DNA of 64,000 nucleotides from the human T2T-CHM13v2.0 reference genome, Homo sapiens: NCBI GenBank assembly GCA_009914755.4, contig CP086569.2, positions 2,528,001 to 2,592,000 of the forward strand, read 5' to 3'. Shown piece by piece: positions 56,701 to 64,000 of this stretch (position 1 is its first letter; each line of letters starts with the position of its first letter). The notes under the pieces were generated by a model. It saw only the letters and a program-made list of their open reading frames with translations, ran no database searches and was not told where the DNA came from. The position numbers and the translations under genes were made by a program.

Positions 56701-57305
56701 GGAATTTAAACAAAATTCCAGAATTTTCTTTAAATATTACACAAATCTGTTATTATCATGAACGTGTTTACTTTCTTTTGGAATGCAAGTCTGAAATTTA
56801 TTTCATTCTTGCTTTGGGAAGCTAAAGGAATAGCTCTTCTTAGCCAACTCTGTAGCTTTTTTTTCATATGGTGCAGCAGATTTCATCTTAAATCATCAGA
56901 AGAATTTTTCTGTCTTGCCATTTTTGCCCAATAATTTGCTCATCCTGACCCAAAAGCAGACGTATTAGCTGATATAAATCAATATCCAGCAATATAAAAT
57001 GGGCCAACTGCTGTACATTCCTGGGCAAATTTATGGAGTCCTCCTCAGTCACCCTGGCAAACTTTTTGGCTATTGCATGCAACTCAGTGGGACCAGAGAG
57101 TGTAAGAAGCCACTAATAGATTCTGTTTATTATTGAGTGGTGTTGAAATGCATACGCAGGAATTGGAGGAAGGATGGGAAAGCCTTCTGCTCCCTTGTTT
57201 GGGGGCTTGTAGACAAGTTTAGGTTCAGCTGTTTTAGGTGACTGTAAAGGGGAAAGAATTGTAATTTTAGAATTTACAAATGTTGGAGATGGACATTCCT
57301 GTTAA

Positions 57306-57615
<310 letters not shown>

Positions 57616-60600
57616 TAAATTTTTATTCTAATTTTATTTTTATTTTTTTTTTACTCTAGAAGGGTAGAGACATACTGTCTTGCGGAGAAGGTATATTCGA
57701 TTTAGTGGACTTTTTAAGGCTTCTGAGTGCTAATTAAATTACACTTCCATACCCTTTACTCATTCTGAGAAGTGCAACCCTTTTTATTTTCAAGGTGTTG
57801 TCTTCAAAAAATAGTTTGAAAAGGCCAAATGAGCCCCAAAGGGACTACTGCAACTCCAAACTATTGTTAGTCAAACAGAGCCTTTTAGATAAAAACACAT
57901 AATTTAGATTAAAAACCCATAACACCTAAACCTATAACAATCTAGATTCCCTCTGGAGAGAGAGGAACTTTCAGTTTGCTTAAAACAAAGGCTTTTATCC
58001 TTTCCTTGTCTGAACTTAAAATGGAAACAAGCAAAAAGACTGACAAGGAGCGATGCCAACAAATCCTGAACAAAAGAGAGATCTCAATCAATATGAAAGT
58101 TGTTTGGCATGCAAGAGAGCTTATCACTCCTGGTACCAAAGGACACTAAGATCCCAAAGTGCAACAAGGTTTCAGTAGGTACCTCATGGATGACCAAGAC
58201 CCCTGGAACCATGAAGGATAAAGTCACTTTGCAACCATGCTCCTGACACCAACTGTGAACCCTAAAAAGAAAGACAGAATCAACCAATCAAACACAAATA
58301 AGCATTTACTCTGAAATGGATGTTGCAACCTGGGTAGCAGTTAGAGACTGTACCACCTGAGAGGGTGTGGGGGCTTACATTTAAAGGAACTTATTTAGAC
58401 TATGTAAATTGTCTCATTATTTTATTGGTGGATTCAACAATTAAGTCTGTAATCATTAGTAGAGTAAGTGTAGTTGTGTTAATCCAAAGAAAAGCACATA
58501 TAGAATGTTTGTCAGTATTAGGACCAGTTTCTTTATATTGCATATGGTTGAAAATATGGTTGTTGTGAAAGAAGTGTGTTTCAGCATTCCTTTCTGTTTT
58601 TCAGTATTCAAGAGTAGTTCAATATGGCATTGGTAGCCTAAGATGGAGTCACTGACGGAAAGTTGGAAGCACTTCTAAGCTCACAGTAGCATGCCAAGAC
58701 TGGGCATGGAAGTCGAGTGTATCTTTTGTAATAAGGCAGCAATCATGGGTATTTTTCTGGCTTCTCTTTTAGCCATTCCAGGGAATTATTGGACTTGAGG
58801 AGAGAATTATGGGAAACTAATATGTAGCCAGTCTGTCAGTAGTACAGATTTCTTGGGACTAAGAACTCATATATTAAATAGGCATAACTCTATTTAAATC
58901 TGTGGAGTGTTCCGAAACTCCAGTTATTTAGTGTTGGAAATAATTGATAGTTCACAATGGGTAGCTCCAGGAGTTAAAAAAAAAAAAAAAGAGAGAGAGA
59001 TAGAGACAGATATGAATTCAATGGTTGGACAATAGTTGGTGTTCAGAAAATTGAATAATTGGTAATTGATGTATTCAGATTTGTTTCTCTTAATTTTATT
59101 CTAATCATTTGTGTCTTTCAAGGTATTTGTTTCATTTAATTTTTCTCCAGGGTTGATAGTAATGTCCCTTCTGATATCTCTGATTCTAATGTTACAGGTG
59201 GTTCTTTGTTCTTAGAGCTACCAAGATGGTGGCTGGCTGCTCCCAAGATGGCCTTTTGTTTTCTGACCTGGGGTTCTTGGCCTCATGGATTCCAAGGAAT
59301 GGAACCTTGGGGCAGGTGGTGAGTTATAGCTCTATTAGAAGTCGTGGGTCACAGAAGAGAACTGTGGAACCCAGCAACGAGTGTTCAGCTCAATTAGGAC
59401 GAACCTGGGCACTTAGCCGCACAGGAACAATGACAAGCCTCTAGGCAGATTGGGAGTGGCAATGGGTGCCTTGCTGAATCAGAAGCACATTGGACACCCT
59501 GCTGGATCTGGAGGGGTGGAAGTCACGGGTCTATGATGGCGGCGATCAGCAGTGGTGAACGGTGAGTGAAAGCTCAGCTTGTGCTGGACAAACACAGACC
59601 AGAAGAGTGTGGTGTTGCAAGATTTAATAGAGTGAAAACAGATCTCCCATATAATTGGAAGGGACCCAAAGGGGGTTGCCTGATCTGGCTTGAATGCCTG
59701 GATTTATATCCCGATCATTTTCCCTCCCCCTGTGCTCTCAGGCTATAGATGATTTGACTATTTCTTTACCTCCTGCTTTTAGCCTAATTAGTATTTTAGT
59801 GAGCTCTCTTTATTACCTGATTGGTTGGATGTGAGCTGAGTTACAAGCCCCCTGTTTATTGATGGGTGCAGTCACCTTCCCCATAGAGGCTTAGGAATTC
59901 TTAGTCGGCCTAGGAAATCCAGCTAGTCCTGTTTCTCACTAGTTATATGAAACTTTTCATGTAAAATTTGTCAATTTTGTTATTTTTTATACAGCCAGCA
60001 TTTTGTTTTATTGATTGTCTCTACTATTCTCAGTTTCACTGAATCCACCCTAATCGTTATTATTTTCTATCTTATGCTTGTTTGTGGTTTGGTTTTGCTT
60101 TTCTTTTGCAGTGTCACTAGATAGAAGGTTAGGTTATTGATCTGAGGTCTTCTCATTTAATGTAGGCATTTACTGCCAAACTTTTTCTCTAAGTCATGCT
60201 TTAGATGCATTTTGCAAGTTTTGGTGTGTCAATTTTTTTCATTTATTTTTAAAGTATTTTCTGTTTTCCCTTTTGATTTTCTTCTCATAATGTCAAGTAA
60301 AAATTATAGGATGTTATTGAACTATGCTTCTGCAGTAGGTCCGAAAAGACCAGACTAAAAATTAAACTGGGGTCACACATGCTAATGTTCCGCATCCCCA
60401 AATGTGAATTAAATTATCTGACCTTCCAACAAATAAAAAGAGAAATGACAGTCAATTTCCCAAACAAGCCAGTTTTAAATTTTCAGGGTCTAGTTCAAAA
60501 ACGATGCTGTAAAATCGAGCTGACTTACAGACATACAGCACCAAGATGATCATCAGCAACATCCCAGAACTCAAATGTGAGGACAAGACAGATGCAAGGA

Positions 60601-60879
60601 TCACAGAAAAGTGAAAGACAAGGGAGACATATCCATGAGGATAGGCAGAAACAAAGAGGAGCAGTGAGATTACCATCCCTATCCCTGGAAAATGTGCTCT
60701 GTAACTTGGCCAAAGAGATGCCAAATCAGAGTGGCTTGTCAGGAGCACTATGATGCAAGAAGTGCATTTCATAGGTACCCTGGCCAAAAATGCCTAGGTA
60801 GCATTCCCACTCTGCTGGGATATCCCCTTTGGAACCTCCCTCATTCAAACTGGGCAGTACTCGAATTATTTAATACACC

Positions 60880-63800
60880 CAAGCAAACCTGGGCTTAAGA
60901 TACAAACTAGAGTTAAAAAGAGGCAGCAACTTAGCAGTAAAGAATTTAAGCAAATATATCCAATAAAAAGCAAAAGAAGCCAGACGGGTAAGACTGCAAT
61001 ATGTAACCTATCCTTCAATGCAAAGACATGCATAAGAAACAACAGCAAAGAGGAAACTATGACCTTTCCAAACAGAGAAAACAAGAAAAAAGTGACTGAC
61101 TCTAACAAGATGCCAATATGTGAGCTCTCTAACCAATAATTCAAAGTAGAATTTTAAGGAAACTCAATAATCTTCAACACAATACAGAAAAGCCATCAAA
61201 AACTTATCAGAGAAATTTAATGGACATTCAAATATATAACTTTAAAAGCATGCAAATCTTGAAACTAATAAATACTTTTGATAAACTGAAAAATTTGTTA
61301 GAGGTTCTTAACAGCAGGATGGATTCAGCAGAATAAGGAATTAGCTCGTAAACAGGCTATTTGAAAACACACAGAGGAAAATTAAAAAAAAAAAGGATAA
61401 AAAGGAATAGAAAATTACCTCAAAGAAAAAACAAACTTCAGAATTATTGGTGTTCAAGACAAAGTTGAGCAACAGCAAGGGGTGGGGGACTTATTCAAAT
61501 AAATAGTAATAAAAAAGTTTCCAAAATTTAACAAGATGTATTCATGTACGAGAAGTTCAGAGAACAACAAACAGATTCAATTCAAAGAAGTCTACCCCAA
61601 GGCATATAACAATAAAACTCTAAAAGATCAAAGACAGAGAGGGGACCCTAAAAGCAGCAAGAGAAAACCAAATAACATCAAGGAGCTCAGAATTTTCTGG
61701 GAACAGACTTCTCAGCAGAGACCATACAGACCAGGAGAGAGCAGACAATATTTTCAAAGGGCTAAAAACAGGGGAAAAGACACACACACACACACACACA
61801 CACACACCCCTACCATCCAAGAATACTGTGTTCAAAAAGCTAGTCTTTACATATGAAGGAGAGATAAATTGTTATTCAGAGTGACAAATCAGAGAAGTCA
61901 ACACCATCAGAACTACTTTACAAGACATGCTAAAAATAACTCTTCTTCTTTGGCCAGGGTACCTGTGAAATAATAAAGCACCATGCAAAAAGAATGAATT
62001 TGACTGTATAAAAGCCACTGGTTAAATTTAGTACACAGACAAACTGAGAAATGTAATTGTAATATGCAATTCACTTCTAATTGTAGTAGGAAGTCCAAAT
62101 GTTGATAGCTACAATAACATGTTGAGGTGAGTAATATAAAAATATATAAATTGATACAAATAAAAGTCAAAATGTAGAGGTGATTGAATTAATGTCCAGA
62201 ATTTTTCTTTATGCCTTTGTTTCTGTATAATCTAAAATTAGTCGTCTTCACTTAAAATAACTTACTGTAAGATTTTTTTTTTGTAAGCCTCATGGTAACC
62301 ACAATGCAAACATCTTTAAGAGACAATCTGAAAAGCAATGAATTAAGCCACAGTACCAGAGACAATCACTTAACCACAAAGAAAGACAGTGAGAAAGGGA
62401 AAACAGTTTAAAAAGAATGTGAAAACTTGCCACAAAATGGCAGTAGTAAGTGCTTTTTTTAAAAAAAATATTTTTTTGAGACAGGATCTTCTTCTGTCAC
62501 CCAGCAGAGGGCAGTGGCAAAATCATGACTCACTGCAGCTTCACCAAACCCAGTGTAAGTCCTTCATAACAGTGGATGTAATTGGAATCAATTGATCAGT
62601 TAAAAGGCATAGAGTGGCTGAATGGATTCAGAAATGAGACCCAATTTTATGCTACCTACAAGAAACCCACTTTACCTATAGAGACACAGAGACTGAAAAC
62701 AAACAAGTGGGAGAAAATATTCCATGCAATTGGAAAGCAAAAATGAGTAGAAGTAGTTATGATTATGTCAGATTAAATAAATGACTAATCAAACACAAAA
62801 AGAAACAAAAAAAGGTCACTATATAATGATTCAGCAAGAGGATATAACAGTTACAAATACATTTGCACACAACACCAGAGCTTCCAAGTATATACAGCAA
62901 ATAATGGATCTCAAGGGAGAGACAGAATGCAAATAATAATAGTAGGTGACTATGAATCCATTCTCAGTAATGATGGATTCACACAGAAAATCAACAAAGA
63001 AATATCAGAGTTAAACAGTGTACTAGACATAATAGGCTTAAATGACATTTACAGAACATTTTATCCAACTGCTGCACAGAATTTTATCAGCACGTGAAAT
63101 ATTCTGCAGAAGAGATTATATCTTAGGCCACTTAACAAGTCTGAAAAAACTCAAAAAAATAAAAATAATATCAGGTATCTTGTCTGACCACAGTGGAATA
63201 TCACTAGAAATCTGTAACAAGAAGAATCTTGGGAAATACACAAATACGTGGAAGCTAAACACTATGTTCCTGAATGACCAGTTGGTCAGCATAGAAATTA
63301 AGGAAACATTTATTTTTTTTTTCTTTTATTGAAGTCAAAAGACAGTGAAGAAATTTAATTTTTTTGAAGCAAAGGAACATGGAACTACAACACACCAAAT
63401 TCTGTGTTTAGCAAAAACAGTACTAAGCTGTACTAAATGGGAAGTTTATAGCAATGAACAACTATATTGAAAAAGTAAGAAGACATCAAAATAACAACCT
63501 AATGGTTCACCTCAAGGAACTAGGAAAGTAAGAACAAACCAAACCCAAGTAGAAAGAAGAAATAATAAAGATCACAGCATATATAAATAAAATTGAGAAA
63601 ATACAAAATATTAATGAAATAATTGTTTTTAAAGATAAATTGACAAAACCTTATCAGACTAAGAAAAGAGGAGATTGAATAAAATCAGAAATAAAAAAGA
63701 TGTAACAACTGAGACCACCGAATACAGACCCTGGATACGTACAAGTTCCAAGGTGAACCATGATGATATGGAAAACCTCAACACACCAGTAATGAGTAAT

Positions 63801-64000
63801 GTTATTAAAGCCATAAGAAAAAGTCATCCGTGAAAGAAAAGCACAAAATTGATGCCTTCACTGCTAAATTCTATGAAACATCTAAGGAAGAACAAATATC
63901 AGTTCTACTCAAACTCCTTAAAAGTAAATGGAAGAGGAGGGAATACTTCCAAACTCATTCTGTAGGTTTAGCATTACCCTGATACCGAAACCAGACGGGA
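60880..64000 (+). mobile_element. LINE-1 element (old L1M-type), 5' UTR/ORF1/ORF2 N-terminal half; continues past the window end
   Basis: ORF1-like sequence 61100-62000 (61536-61856 (+): ...ELRIFWEQTSQQRPYRPGESRQYFQRAKNRGKD..., diverged). ORF2-like sequence from ~62600: translated segments LQETHFTYRDTETENKQVGENIPCNWKAKMS (cf. IQETHLTCKDTHRLKIKGWRKIYQANGKQKKAGV), 63042-63332 (+) SGILSDHSGISLEICNKKNLGKYTNTWKLNTMFLNDQLV, and the terminal LPNSFCRFSITLIPKPDG (cf. [19 protein letters not shown]). Confidence 0.8.
61782..61810. repeat. (AC)n dinucleotide microsatellite (~14 units) inside L1
   Basis: gacacacacacacacacacacacacacacccc. Confidence 0.95.

Overview
This window is human (primate) genomic DNA, not a prokaryotic accessory region, and I find no novel system in it. 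It holds the last three coding exons (presumably exons 5-7) of the Y-linked ribosomal protein S4 gene on the + strand: 3432-3603, 13920-14077 and 15625-15726. All three have canonical AG/GT splice sites, and the AATAAA signal sits at 15763-15768. The encoded 143 residues match my recollection of RPS4Y1 better than RPS4X or RPS4Y2, which places the window in the male-specific region of the Y chromosome. The remaining ~48 kb downstream is repeat-dense intergenic DNA: about 47 full or partial Alu copies, four or more L1 elements including a ~6.5 kb plus-strand L1 carrying nested Alu and LTR insertions, MaLR- and ERV-type LTRs, and several microsatellites. Two non-trivial features stand out. One is an unprocessed HSFY-family (heat-shock factor, Y-linked) pseudogene on the minus strand at ~30500-32485, with an intact 130-codon N-terminal ORF, a frameshift, two in-frame stops and an AluY in its intron. 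The other is a truncated betaretrovirus-like (HERV-K/HML-type) provirus remnant on the minus strand at ~34041-37312, running 5' LTR - Lys-tRNA-like primer-binding site - gag - partial pro, with capsid major-homology region (MHR), CCHC zinc-knuckle and dUTPase motifs recognisable. A GC-rich, CpG-poor ~1 kb block at 16375-17345 carrying long overlapping ORFs on both strands remains unexplained. Most ORFs in the supplied track are Alu- or L1-derived or low-complexity artefacts.
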